A DNA stretch of 64,000 bases from Octopus bimaculoides (GCF_001194135.2 NC_068984.1:120261025-120325024); one strand, 5' to 3'. Counted from the stretch's first letter, positions 38,101 through 51,557 are shown. Notes: a model not told the origin generated them from the letters alone. Numbers and translations are program-made.

Positions 38101-38189
38101 GAATATGTTTATGATAAGCTTTCTTATAGAATTATTTTGTAGAAAGTCATAGGATTTTATTCTGTTGAGTTTGAAGGCCAGAAGTTTGG

Positions 38190-38870
38190 TGTTATATGAT
38201 TATAAAGATTGTCTGACATCCGTTCTTGCATTAAATGGACTTTGTGAGAAAATGCTGAGCATTGTTGAAACACATCTGGCCTTCCACTATGTATTTCATT
38301 CATCCAAGGTTTAGCAACTGTCTTCATCACCTCAACTTATCCAGCAACATTAGTTCTAGCCCTGTGGAAAGGTGTGAGGTGGCATGACAAGACCTTCATT
38401 ACTCACTACGTCCGAAAACATCACAACTGCTGGAAACTTAGTGAGTATCATTCTGGGCCATCAGAAGGATCTGCACATAACCACTTGGCATGGATCAAAC
38501 AGTCTGCCTGTATTTTTGCAGACATGAATTGGCTTCCCCTCAGTACATACAATTTGTATGAAATGGTGTCATGCACCACAGTTCTCATAGTCCACTTTTG
38601 CACCTAAAGTTCTTTGGTGATAGCCCTCTTTGATTTTCTGGAATCGTTCTTGAGTTTTGAATCTGGTGGATAAATTGCAGTGTCCTCTTAGTGTCCAAAT
38701 TTTTAGAATGTTTCTTTCTTTTTTAGATAGAATGGCTTTCAATTCCATACGAACTTTGTAATTAACAGATTTTGCCACATTTAGAAAGTTGGTAATTTGT
38801 AAATCACTGAGTTTTGCATGTATGACAACAATGACTGCATATCTTTTCATTTCTTCTGTTGGCATCTTAT
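38190..38870 (-). mobile_element. Decayed Tc1/mariner transposase, DD37D (maT)-like
   Basis: MPTEEMKRYAVIVVIHAKLSDLQITNFLNVAKS N-terminus; downstream KWLCADPSDGP, VAKPWMNEIHSGRPDVFQQCSAFSHK. Subfamily call is from recalled motifs. Confidence 0.75.
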
Positions 38871-39736
38871 CTGCTGTGAAGGATCTGAAAGAAATAATAA
38901 TGTTTTAATCGGTTTGAAGAGAGTAATATACTGATAATTAAGTGACCTCAAATACTCCTTGCATAGGTACATATGTATCTATATATATATGAATGTATGT
39001 GTGTGTATATGTATATATACATATATAAATATGTATGTGCATGTATATGCATATGTATGTGTGTATGTATTCATGTCTCTTTGTCTTGACACTGATTGCT
39101 AATTGTAAGCAAACATCACTGTCACTGTCATACAAGCAGCATCATTTGTTTGCAGTTTTCCATGAAAACATGTCTGGTCATTGAACTATTCATATTTGAA
39201 GGAACAGGGGAAATATTACATTACTTGGAAGCAAGCTATAAGAAATAAGCCTCAAAAATTTCTAGTGATACATAATGAACATTAAAAGAGAACATTAAAA
39301 TGATGATGATGATGATGACGACAACGATGATATTAAAGATGATGAAAAGTCTCAGATTTATGTTGATTGAAAATAGGAACAGAAAGCTAATATAATGTTC
39401 AGATTTTTACAAGTGTATTTGTAGTATTTGAGATGTCAATGAAGTGTTTCTGATTGTGGATTGAAACTGAGTGGCAAAGTTGCAGATTTGTTTTGTTAAG
39501 AAATGACTTTTGCATCTCAACACTGTGCAACAATGGAAATAATAAGGAAAGTCTGAAAGTAGTTTGACTTTGATTTCCGATACGATTTCTAAATCTGTCC
39601 TGAATCAGACTCATTGAATTCTAGACCCTTTCTATTGTGTGTCTGTACATGAATGCACGTCTGTATGTAAATATCATGTATATATGTGTGTTATGCAATT
39701 GCATATTCATATGTAACTATATATGTGTGCATGTAC

Positions 39737-39816
<80 letters not shown>

Positions 39817-40429
39817 TTATATACATGTATATATATTTGTGTGCATATGTATGTGTGTGTATATGCATGTTCCTGTGTATATGTGCATATGTGTGTGTGC
39901 ATGTGCGTGTGTGTCTGTGTGTGTGTGTGTCCGTGCGTGTGTGTGTGTGTAATGCAAATTGACAAGTAAATAATTATTTCTGTACTGACTTTAATTGGTG
40001 AAACATTTTAGAATGAATTGCTTTTTGATAAAAGGAAAAATCAATTTTCGACTAATTACAGTGTCTGATTATCTAATTTTAGGAGTTTTTAGTCTTTCTT
40101 CTCTTTCTCCCTCTCTCTCAGTCTCTGTCTTTCGTTCTCCCTTCCCTCATCATCTCTTTCTCTTTCTTGTTTTCTCTCCTTAATGAGATAAAAACTATGG
40201 AACTCACAACGTAACAGCTATTTAACTGGGAAAAAAATTGCAAAGTGAGAAACTTATTTTAAGGTGAAGAAAAATGAGAGAGTGAGTGAGTGATAGAAAG
40301 GGGAAAGGGTGAGAGAAAGAGAGAATGAGGGAGAGAGAGAGGGAGAAAGATGGAGAAAGCGAGACAGACAGGCAGGCATAACAGAATGTGAGATGGGGTA
40401 AAAAGTATATGTACCTGTGTATGTGTGTG

Positions 40430-40473
<44 letters not shown>

Positions 40474-41134
40474 CATTATTTGTTAGTATTTATTTTATTA
40501 TAACTGATTTTTTTGCCTAACAGACAGCTTTTACTTTAATGAGCCAGTAAGGGAAACTGTACCTGATCATTCATCTGCTTGAAATCATAGCCAAAACTCG
40601 CTCAAATCACATCCTGCCTTCTAAACAATAAGTTGTACATTGGATAATGTAGTCTTAGTTGTACTATGTTTAATCATGGCCATCTTAGGGACAACTAATA
40701 ATGATGATGGAATCTCATCAGTTTTGATAACGAGGAATCATTTGGTCAATGAACTGAGCTCTTTACGTGCAAGTGGCTGAATATTCCACTGTCACATGTA
40801 CACGTAGTGTAATTTTCAAGCTGAATCAGTGTGTGACAAAACCAGATCTGTGAATTATAAATTCATCTGACAGGTTTCCTCACAGTTTCCATTTACCCAA
40901 TTACACTCACAAGGCTTCCGTCAGCCTGGGGCTATTGGAAAAAGCACTTGTCCAAGTTTCCATACTGTAGAGATAGAATCTGAAGAAGGATACTTTCTTC
41001 CCCAAGTTCCACAGAAATAGTTGAACCTGATTTGAAAAGCAAATGAATCTTTTGACAATTTTACAGAGCATTCTTAGTTGTTTTTTTATTTTTATTTTGA
41101 AGGTGTGAGTGCCATTTAAAAAGCATCTGCATCT

Positions 41135-41395
41135 GTGCCACATAAAAAGCACTCCTGCTGCTTCCACATACAATGTACTCATGTTGGTGCCATGTAAAAA
41201 GTACCCATGCCAGTGTCATGTAAAAGGCACCCATACTGGTGCCACATAAAAAGCACCTGTGGCAGTGTTACATAAAGGGCACCCATGTTGATACCATGTA
41301 GAAACACTTGTGCTGGTGTCACGTATAAAGCACCCATGCTGGTGCTATCTTATAGCACTATAAAGTGGTTGGTGTTAGGAAGGGTGTCCAGCTAT
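41135..41395 (+). mobile_element. Family C variant with six to seven tandem 26-nt units
   Basis: Units at 41180, 41206, 41232, 41258, 41284, 41309 and 41335 (consensus catgctggtgccacgtaaaaagcacc), then ggttggtgttaggaagggtgtccagct. Confidence 0.85.
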
Positions 41396-42327
41396 TGGTC
41401 CATGACAGACTGCTTTCATTATCAATGTTACTATCATCTTGGAGCATTCTACTAACATATCCATGCATAGTCTTCTGCTCATACAGGCTCATCTTTTCAT
41501 CTGATGATACATTGCAGTAGAGTTGTGCGACTTCTTTGGGCATGTATTCTAGGTTATCAGACAAAGAATGTATGCATGCATGCATGTATGTATGTATGTA
41601 TGTATGAATGAAATGTATATGGGATTGCTCAAGTAATGTAGACACCACAGCAAGTGTCAGATATCAATAACATATAAATGTATATGTGTGTGCAAGTAGG
41701 TATGGGTATATATATTAATATGTGTATGTTTGTATATGTATATGTCAGGTCACTTGTGTGGTGTCTCGTGAGGGCTACTGGTAACATAGAATCCAGTACA
41801 ACCAGTTGCATGGCTGGGTTGTCACCAACTAAACCAGCACCTCCACCAGGTTAGAATGGAGAGAGAGAGAGGTTGCAGCACTAAAAACAAAACCTGTCGA
41901 AATGACTGATCAACCCAGTGGGTCCATAGGTTCAGCAACTATCTAGCAATAGCACGGGTACTAGGAAATTCTGTATTGGTGTCCAGCATGCTGGAAGACC
42001 ACTGGGAGTGAGGCACCTCTCAGATTTTTTAAAAATCTTGTCTCTAAGAAAAGGTCAATCTGATATGAAATTAGATATGCAAGGAATGGTTTTGGACATT
42101 TTGGGGATCTTTTGTTTGTGCTTGAGATCATGGCGTTCCCACATTCCTGAGCCTGTAATCCATGTTAGCACCAGACATCTTGTCTCAGCTTGTCTCTAAG
42201 CCATATCATCATATTAATAAGGTCTATAAGGTGTTGTGCAAGCTTTATTGGACCTAACATTTTGCACAGGCATTGTTTTGTATGTGTTGGTCATGCTCAT
42301 ATATGAGTAGACAGCCATGCATGTCAT

Positions 42328-42469
42328 TATTCAGTTTCATTTCAAGATTTCTTGCCAATAAAGAAGGAGTCAGTTTCTTACCAGGACCCAAGGCAACTTC
42401 ATTAGAATTTCAACAACATCAAAACAGTTTTTTTGCCTCTGTGTGTGCATAAGTGCAGTATTTGGAGTC

Positions 42470-42501
<32 letters not shown>

Positions 42502-42960
42502 TGTATGTATGTATGCATGTATGTGTGTGTGTGTGTGCATGCATGTGTGTGTATGTATGTATGTGTGTGTGTGCATGCATGTGTGTGTATGTATGTAGGT
42601 ATGTATGTACACATGTATGTATGTACGTACATATGCATGTATTCAGTTTTCAGTCATTATCCAGTTTCATTTCAAGATTTCTTGCTAATAAAGGAGCCAG
42701 TCTCTAACCTAGAACCAAGGCTCCTTCATTAGCATTTCAACAACATCAAAAGGTTTTTTTTGCCTGTATGTATGTATGTATGTATGTATGTATGTATGTA
42801 TGTATGTATGTATGTATGTATGCACGCATGCTTGTATGTATGTATGTATGTATGTATGTATGTATGTATGTATGTATGTATGTATGTATGAATATATGCG
42901 AGTACAGCATGTAGATATGTGTATGAATGTGTTTGTGTGTCTCCACTTTCATGTTTCATT
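42328..42960. repeat. Tandem pair of family E element plus (TATG)n
   Basis: E copies at 42328-42424 and 42658-42753, each followed by a T run and (gtat)n. Confidence 0.8.
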
Positions 42961-43923
42961 CATGTAGTACTGCAAATCTACATTGTCCCCCACACAGTCA
43001 CAATCTTTAATTTATTTGACATTTTCATACCCAGAATGCATCATTTTTACACTTGAAATAAACTATTCAGTTTTCTTTCACCGCTGAAATCTCCTAGCAT
43101 TTGTTAAAAGGCAAGGCAAATTATTTGTGGCCTAATTAAGTGAGCTACTGACCTGATTAGACGATCTAATTAGTGATGGAGATGAATATAGTAAGAATAA
43201 ATAATTAAATGAAGTGAGAGTTAGAGGGAATATATTTAGAAAACTATGATGATGATGATGATGATGATGCTGATGTTATTGTTGATGTTTTAGTCCAATT
43301 CAACTTTGCTGTAAACCTTTGATCTAAGTTTTTCCTTCCATGGCCACTCTGCCTCTCTGTATGTCCGGTATTGTATTATCTAATATGGTGAATCAACTGG
43401 TATTTTGCATTTATCAACTTTGAATACAAACATAAATGGCAAAGTTGATTTTGGCGAGATTTGAACTCAGTGAGCAGAGAGCCAGAATAAAATACAGCAA
43501 TGCATTTGACCCAATGCTCTAATGTCCCTCCCAATTTGCTGTCATAAAATTATAAGCCTGGTACTGGTGCTATGTAAAAAGTACAGGTGATAGTGTCACA
43601 GAAAAAGCACTGGGGACATGTAGAAAGCATGCTACATGCTTATTGCAGTGGTTCTTCAGTTTTTTTAAGCCCTGTAAAAGAACTCGAAAGGATGGGCCTC
43701 CAACCAGGTTATTCATGATATACTTAAAGCCAGGAACTTTTAGGCACCACCTTGTGTATATACATATACATACATATATACAGTAAAGGAAGAGTAAGTT
43801 AGACAGTTTTTTAATAATCACTACAAATATTTCGATTCATACAGATCCATGTATATACAGGATTTAAAGTTAACTTACTCTTCCTTTTGACTCTTTTACT
43901 TTTAACTTTTAACTTTTTACTTT

Positions 43924-43958
<35 letters not shown>

Positions 43959-45925
43959 GTGGTCCAACCCATGCTAGCATGGAAAGCGGATGTTAAACGA
44001 CGATGACGACGATGATGATGATATATATATATATATATATAATGCATCCTATTCATTCTTAATTCTAAATCATTCTGGCAGATTTAAATGTAGCTATTGC
44101 TTTTTTGTCACTGGAAAATATTTTATCCTTCCAGTGATGTATGTTCATAACACACAATGATCCACTGGTTCACTGACGTAAGAAGACATTGAGAGGCACT
44201 GCAGTGTTTCAACATTTTTGTGTGTCTCCTCACTTAAAGTTACCCCATGGCTAGAATGATGAATCTGACAAGAGCTCAAGCTCTTGTTTAAAGGAATCAA
44301 CAAACAAATTATTTGCTGATTCATGCAGATGTCTGCTAAACAGATAATGAATAATAATTCTTGGGGTGTTCCAATGGAGAAAAACAGCAGTGATCGGATA
44401 TTCACATTCAAGTCTACCAGAACATATTAAAGATGAATAGATAGTTCGTTGTTTTTATTTCTCTGCTGAAAAGGTGAGCAGGTTAAAGATAAGAGAAGGA
44501 AGAAAGAGAGAGAGAGTGAGAGAGAGAGGAGGAAGATGAAGAGAGGAAGAAAAAGAAAGATAGAAAGTGGGGAGAGGAGAGAAAGCGAGAGTGAGAAACT
44601 GGAGAGGACTTGCTTTATTGAGAACCAGAAAGTATGTTGTCAAGAGGGCAGCATATGTGCATGTGTGTGTTTGTGTGTGTGTGTGTGTGTATGTATGTGT
44701 GTATGTGTTTTTTGCATGTAGTTAACACCAGCTGTTGTTGCTTTCTACAGGTTGCAGTTGTGACAGCTGGAGTCCCAAGAACAACAGCAGCAGCAGCAGC
44801 AACAGTAGCAGCAACAACAGAAGTGGCAGTAGTCATAGTAGTAGTAGAGGTAGTAGTAGTGGTGGTGGTGGTGGGGTGAGGTGATGGCATGAAGCGCTAT
44901 AATATTAGGTAGTAAAACATTTAGTAAAAATATACAACTGTTACACTTGTTGCTATCTAAATGTCAAAAGAGTTAGCAGCAATAGCAACAACAGTAGTAG
45001 AAGCAGTAATTTTAGAAGTTGTAGTAGTAGTATTAGTAGTCGTAGTAGTAGTAGTAGCAGCAGCTGTGACAGAAATTGGAGAATTAATAGGTTAACTAGT
45101 AGTAAATTCTATTAATGTCGTCATTGCTGTTGTCATCATCATCATCACTGTAGTTGTCATCATCAGCGATCATCGTTGTGATCGTTGTCGTGGCCATCAT
45201 CGTCATCGTCATAATCATCATCATCAAGGTCGTCAACGTCATCATCATCATCATCACCATCATCGTCATGGTTGTCGTCATTGTCATTATCATCATCATG
45301 AAGATCATGCTCATCATCAAAATCATCATCATCATCCTCTTCACCATCATCATCCACAACATTATCATCGCCATTGTCATAATCTTCCTCCTCCTCCTCC
45401 TCCTCCTCCTCCTCCTCCTCATCATCATCATTATCATCATCATCACCACCACCACCACCACCATTATCATCATCATCATCGTAGTCATCATTATCCTTCA
45501 TCCTCCTCATCATCATCATTACCACTGTTGGTATAGCAATAATAGCTGTAAAGAGTTAACGAAAAAAGCTTCTAAACATGGTCATACTCAAGCTGCAGGA
45601 AAAGAAAATAGCAGCCAAATTTCCTACAAAATTACATCTTACCATTCTTAAAAATAAATGTAAAACAAAATGGTAAAACAAAACAAAAGAAAACAGACAG
45701 GACATATATTGGACAATGATGTTGTAGTCTCTGAAATACAAAATAAAATGAAAAGCTTTTGATCATAAGTTTGCTTGGTTATGACTGATATCAAGCTTAC
45801 AGTAATAACAGCAGCAGCACCATTTTAATGTTTGTTTACCTATGCTACCAGAGTATAAAATAGTTCTACTATGTAGATCATTACTTTGATCACTCACATT
45901 GCATAGTCAAAAGCAGATTACTTAA

Positions 45926-46128
45926 ACACTTTAGCGTTCAGATTTCTCTGTCAAATGTAATGCATATTTATTCACAGCGTTACCTTATAGCTTTGAGATT
46001 TCAATGATGTGATAGTATATTTCTAGAATGACACTGAGGGGCAAGTGTGAGTGACTGGATCTGGTTGGTTTGAACATGAAGCAGATAGTATATTTGGGCC
46101 GGATATGGCCTGTTTAAATGCTAAAGGG
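45926..46128. mobile_element. piggyBac-like MITE
   Basis: TTAA at 45922-45925 and 46129-46132; ends acactttagcgttc / aatgctaaaggg. Absent from the paralogous site near 49270; a related left end lies at 63568. Confidence 0.8.
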
Positions 46129-47244
46129 TTAAACATACTCGATTACCATGACTTGGTTGCTTTCATAGGGCATATTTCTCTTGCTATTTAACATCTCATT
46201 TCCTACACATCCATCATATAACTTATTTTGAATGTTATTTATAAAAAAAGAGATGCTCTTTGCTTTCTATAGAAGTATTTCTTATAACTTCCCTTTGTCT
46301 ACATCAATTCATTACACCAGTCTGTAGTAATTTTGCTGTGACATTTTTTATGGAGGAACTAGTTTCAGGTTAATGTGAGGGCTCTGATTCTAAATATGAC
46401 ATAAATTTTATGTCTAACAAGTCATAATTAGTCACTAATTACCATAGAGCAGAAATGTGCAGTTACACATTTTTGGCAATTTATGAAAATTATAGATGAT
46501 AATTCTTCGTTTGAAACCATTCTATTCATTTAAAAATGAAGTTGCACCTACAAAACTTTTTTTAAGAGAACAGACCAGTTTATTTCTTACATAACCTATG
46601 TGGCATCTTATCCATACATTCAAAAGCTCTCAAGTGTAATGTCTCTATTTCATTAGATAAGTTCCTTTTCCATCTGCAGCAAAAATGTAGCATCTATTAT
46701 CAACCGATAACATCCAGCTTTTTTACTGCACCTACTCTATCAAATATTTCCTTATTAGAGCTATATTGTTTAGTTTGAAGCAATGTTCCTAAATCCATTA
46801 GTCCATTAACACTTCACGAACTTCAAGGCCTTGTCATCAGAATGAAGTGATAGTATTACATCCTATTGGGTGACTTGCCCACATCAATGCATCTCTTACA
46901 CACCAGATACACCAATCTTCCAAAGCAGTCTTCTTATCCTCAAATTGATATTGAGTGTCTTCCACAAGTTGATCAAAATATGTTCTTTTTGGTCTGTTGA
47001 TACCTGCATGTCCATTTGTGATTTTTAAGTGAAGGAAGTTGCTAAATATTTCATCCTTGCTTCTTCAGCAGTTTCCTGCATAATGTGTTCTTTTTCTCAT
47101 TACTGAAGTAATGCTGGGAAGACTGCCATACAGTTGCTGCTTTGTAGGATGTTGTTACCAAGGAAGATTGAAAAATGCTTCATTTCAAGTCTCTTGTTCA
47201 GTGTTTATGCTGAAGAGCCATAAAAAAGAACTGATTCAACAAAT

Positions 47245-47285
<41 letters not shown>

Positions 47286-47475
47286 TTAACATCCGCTTTC
47301 CATGCTAGCATGGGTTGGACGATTTGACTGGGGACTGGCGAACCAGGTGGCTACACCAGACTCCAATCTGATCTGGCGGAGTTTCTACAGCTGGATACCC
47401 TTCCTAACACCAACCACTCCGAGAGTGTAGTGGGTGCTTTTTACATGCCACCAGCACGAGGGCCAATCCAGCGGT
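47245..47475 (-). mobile_element. Family C retroposon
   Basis: (cat)n ttaacatccgctttccatgctagc...gtgggtgctttttacatgccaccagcacg. Confidence 0.9.
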
Positions 47476-47784
47476 CCCTCTTCATGTTGTCATGAAGTAA
47501 GGACTTCCATATAATGTTGAGTCAGTTTAGGGCATTCCATGCTTTTGCAATCCTTACCTGGACATCTACTATTACATCAACATGATAGTAATAATAGTAT
47601 GTTATTTTTGCATTTTGAAGTTATAACAATATTCCCATGATTATTTTCTTGAAATGTTTGTGGATTAACGAATTAGGAATACCGTTTTTCTAAATTAAAT
47701 ATAAAAGTCTAATAAGAAAATATATATAGTCCTAAATAAAATATTAAACTTGAACCCCTAATTAAATACACACACACACACAAA

Positions 47785-47995
47785 CACATACACAGTTGGC
47801 AGAAGATGTGAAGCTTACGTATGTCCTCAGCAGTTACAGCCCATGTTTCACTGCCATGTAGCATGGTTGTTCGTACGCATGCGTCATACAGTCTGCCTTT
47901 TACTCTGAGTGAGAGTCCCTTTGTCGCCAGCAGGGGTAAGAGCTCTCTAAACTTTGCCCAGGCTATTCTTATTCTAGCAGCAGGGTTCCCCAACC
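47785..47995 (-). pseudogene. Well-preserved RTE LINE fragment
   Basis: ARIRIAWAKFRELLPLLATKGLSLRVKGRLYDACVRTTMLHGSETWAVTAEDIRKL. Confidence 0.9.
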
Positions 47996-48139
47996 AGACT
48001 GCAGACAAGTACCAAGCAATGGATCTTTTGGTACCAGGCTGCACAGAAAGAATAAATATAAAAATTTCATTTCTATTTTATTGACTGCAGAGTGTTTATG
48101 CATTGTATATGTATTATCTTTTCTTTAACATTTCATTTT

Positions 48140-48515
48140 TTTTTCGTTTTTCAGTCATTAGACTACGGCCCTGCTAGGGCACCACTTTGTAAAATTTTTA
48201 GGGAAATGAATCAACTCCAGTACTTATTTATTTAAAGCCTGGTACTTATTCTAGTGGTCTCTTTTGCTGAACCACTAAGTTACGGTGACGTAAACACACC
48301 AACACCAGTTGTCAAGTGGTGGTGGAGGATAAACACACACACACACACACACACACATGACAGGCTTCTTTCGGTTTCTATCTCCCAAATCCACTCACAA
48401 GGCTTTGGTTGGCCCAAGATTAAAGTAGAAGACACTTGCCCAAAGTGTTACACAGTGGGACTGAACCTGGAATTGTGTGGTTGGGAAGCAAGCTTCTTAC
48501 CACACAGCCACTCCC
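48140..48515 (-). mobile_element. SINE family A
   Basis: Full consensus recognisable. Confidence 0.85.
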
Positions 48516-48546
<31 letters not shown>

Positions 48547-49070
48547 GCTTAATATACATAATTATTAAATAATATATTATCCACTTTCTTGTTATGTTAT
48601 GCCCATTATGCCACTCTTCCATGGAATGGCTATCTTGCATGAAACCAACCTGTGGTGCAAAAATGGTTGTGGACCACTGAGCCAAGATGACTCTCTGAAA
48701 CACCTAACAAGATGGGGCTACTAATATTTGTCGGTTGGCTGTAGATCTGACTGTATGCCAAAATCATTTGTTAGCCAGGATGACAGCTGTTATGATAGTA
48801 ACTTACATGATAAATAATAATTTACACTTTACCCCCTACCCCTGCTATTGAGCACTCTTTATCCTGCTCATCACCACTTGTATATGTGTGTGTATTTGTG
48901 TGTGTATGTGTGTGTGTGAGAGAGTATTTGTGTGAGTGTCTGTGTTTGTGTGTGTGTAGGTGTGGTGTAAGTATGCATATTTGTATTAAATGGTTAAGTA
49001 GAAGAATAGCAGGAATTTAATTAACATCAGCCTCCTCCGCTCCTTTATCACCACTGTCATTATGATCTCC

Positions 49071-49101
<31 letters not shown>

Positions 49102-49893
49102 CCATTATCGCCAGCAACAGCACCACCATCAACTAATGTTGTCATACCAGAAAATGTTATCTTTCCTCTACATACTGAACAATTCCTTTAAAGCATAGTC
49201 ACTCACTCAATTCACTTGCATTCAAACTTTCTTCACAGATTAACATTGCACAGTCAAAAACAGATTACTCTAAACATGTTTGTATCCAATTTCTATAACT
49301 TAGCTGCCTTCACTGTCCATATTTCCCTTGCCATTTAGCATCTTATTTCCTACGCAGCCATCATATAGCATGCTTTTGATTTTTTTTTAATGAGAGAAGC
49401 TCTTTGTTTTCTGCAGTAGTTCTTCTAGTGTTTGCATATATCTACACCAGTGTTTTTCAACAATCTTTTACCTATAAACCACTTTGATCCCTATTTTATT
49501 CAGATGGACCCCCAAAACCAATTGATGTTTAAAAAAATTTTATAATATATTTTTTATCTTTTATCTTTTATATTTTACTTGCTCCAGTCATCTGACTGTG
49601 GCCATGCTGGGACATCACCTTGCAGAATTCCAGTTGAACGAATCAAACCCAGCACTCATTATCTTTGTAAAGCCTGATATTTATTCTATTGGTCTCTTTT
49701 GCTGAACCACTAAGTTGTAGGGACATAAACTCAACAACACCAGTTGCCAAGTGACGGTTGAGGACAAATACAGATACAAATATCCTGACTTTAAGGTTTA
49801 TTGCAAAAGGCCTGGTTGGAGGCCCAACCTTCTGAGTTCTTTTACAGGGCTTAGGGACTTCTGCAATAAGTGTGTGAATCTGAGAAGGGAATA

Positions 49894-50059
49894 TGTTGTG
49901 TTGACGCCCCCAGGCGAAGAAGTAGGATCTCCCAAGACATATAAATAGAGGTAGTCTGGCCGTGGTAGGAGTGTTGAGTAGCAGTCGAGTAGCAGTTGTG
50001 TAGCGGTTGAGTAGAGATCTTCCGAAGGTGCTAGATAGCAATAGCGTTGAGACATAACA
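49894..50059. mobile_element. Probable 166-bp solo LTR
   Basis: TGTTGTGTT...GACATAACA (TG..CA, imperfect 9-bp IR), 5-bp TSD gaata, TATAAATA at 49940. Confidence 0.65.
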
Positions 50060-50063
50060 GAAT

Positions 50064-50065
<2 letters not shown>

Positions 50066-50099
<34 letters not shown>

Positions 50100-50312
50100 G
50101 TTTAACGTCCGCTTTCCATGGGTTGGACGATTTGACTGAGGACTGGTGCATCCGGATGGCTACACCAGGCTCCAATCTAATTTGGCAGAGTTTCTACAGC
50201 TGGATGCCCTTCCTAACGCCAACCACTCAGAGAGTGTAGTGGGTGCTTTTACGTGTCACCCGCATGAAAACGGCCACGCTCGAAATGGTGTCTTTTATGT
50301 GCCACTCGCACA
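50066..50312 (-). mobile_element. Family C retroposon
   Basis: (cat)n tail and consensus body; aatat on both sides. Confidence 0.9.
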
Positions 50313-51508
50313 AATATGTCCAATAAAATCATAATTAACTGATCCTTCTGTATTTTCTTTTATCAAAAGCCAGGAACTTGTCAGCACTCTCTCATACGCA
50401 CACACACAGACATATACATATATGATGGGCTTCTTTCAGTTTCTGTCTATCAAATCTACTTACAAGGCATTGGTTGATCTGAGGCTATAGTAGAAGACAC
50501 TTGCCCATGGTTAAACACAGTGGGACTGAAGCTGGAACCATCTAGTTAGGAAGCAAACTTCTTACCACACTGCCAGACCTGCACTGTTTTTATCAGGAAT
50601 TGTATAAAAAATAAAATTACTAAAATATTTTGTGTAATGTAGAAGTATAGCCAATTTATTGCAGATAAATTTTAACAACAAAATCTCCAATGGACTCCTA
50701 AGGGCCATTTGGACCCTGGTTGAGAACCACAGGTCTGCATGTAGTCATTACACTGGTCTGCAGCAATTTTGATTTCTTGGAAGTGAAAGTAGTTTTGGGG
50801 CTTTGATTCTAAATATGGCATCGATTCTTGTCTAACAAGTCATATTTGATCAGTAATTACTGTAGCCAGAAAAGTACAATTACTCCCCCATTTTTGGTGC
50901 TTTAGGTAAATTATTGATAATGTTAATTCTTTGTTTGAAACCATTCCAGTCATTTAATTTTGAAGTATTATCTTTTATCTTTTACTTGTTTCATATATTG
51001 GACAGTGGCCATGCTGGGGCATTGCCTTGATAGTTGTAGTCAAACAAATGTACCCTCACTGTGTATTTTATTTAAGCCTGGTACTTATTCTATTGGCCAG
51101 GAGTTGGGATGTAATATAAGTTTAAAAATGCATTTTCTTCACAGCCTTTTAAATTACTTCAATGTCAATTTAGAGGATGTTGATAGTGAAGAGCAATCTG
51201 AACATTTCCTCCCAGGCAGAAAAAAAAAAAGAGAAGAAAGATTATGGCAAAAGATAATTCGAACAGTAGAAGATAAATGTCTTGGCAGTCTATTGTTGGT
51301 TCCTTATAAGAGAGAAAAACAAATGATTATTTTAATATTCCAAGAATAGAAAGCTACTAGTTTAAACTGCACTTGTTGAACTAACTTTTGCTATGACTTC
51401 AGATGTTGAATTAACATGAAATGGATAGAATTTATCAGATAGTTAGTGTATTTCTTGCCAGAATGTTATTTTATGTCTGTGTGCATGTGTGTGTGTGTAT
51501 GTGTGTGT

Positions 51509-51557
<49 letters not shown>

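Larger units (their letters stand above)
49778..50396. mobile_element. Mariner-type MITE split by two insertions
   Basis: 49778-49893 plus 50313-50396 reconstruct the reverse complement of the intact 63656-63858 copy. Confidence 0.85.
49567..50585 (-). mobile_element. SINE family A split by nested insertions
   Basis: Tail half at 49567-49777 and head half at 50397-50585 are colinear with intact copies. Confidence 0.85.
49448..50732. mobile_element. hAT MITE hosting a nested stack of insertions
   Basis: Ends cagtgtttttcaac / gttgagaaccacag; flanks atctacac / gtctgcat versus a single gtctacat at the paralogous empty site near 46297. Confidence 0.65.

Noticed and set aside
40524-40546. Mini-exon that would extend MAT to MATDSFYFNEP
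   Set aside because: The apparent donor lies in a dispersed repeat (gagccagtRagggaa, also near 34945).
46560-47090. Possible integrase-like GHAG...CKRC on the minus strand
   Set aside because: Needs several frameshifts and no catalytic DDE motif is recoverable; too weak to call.
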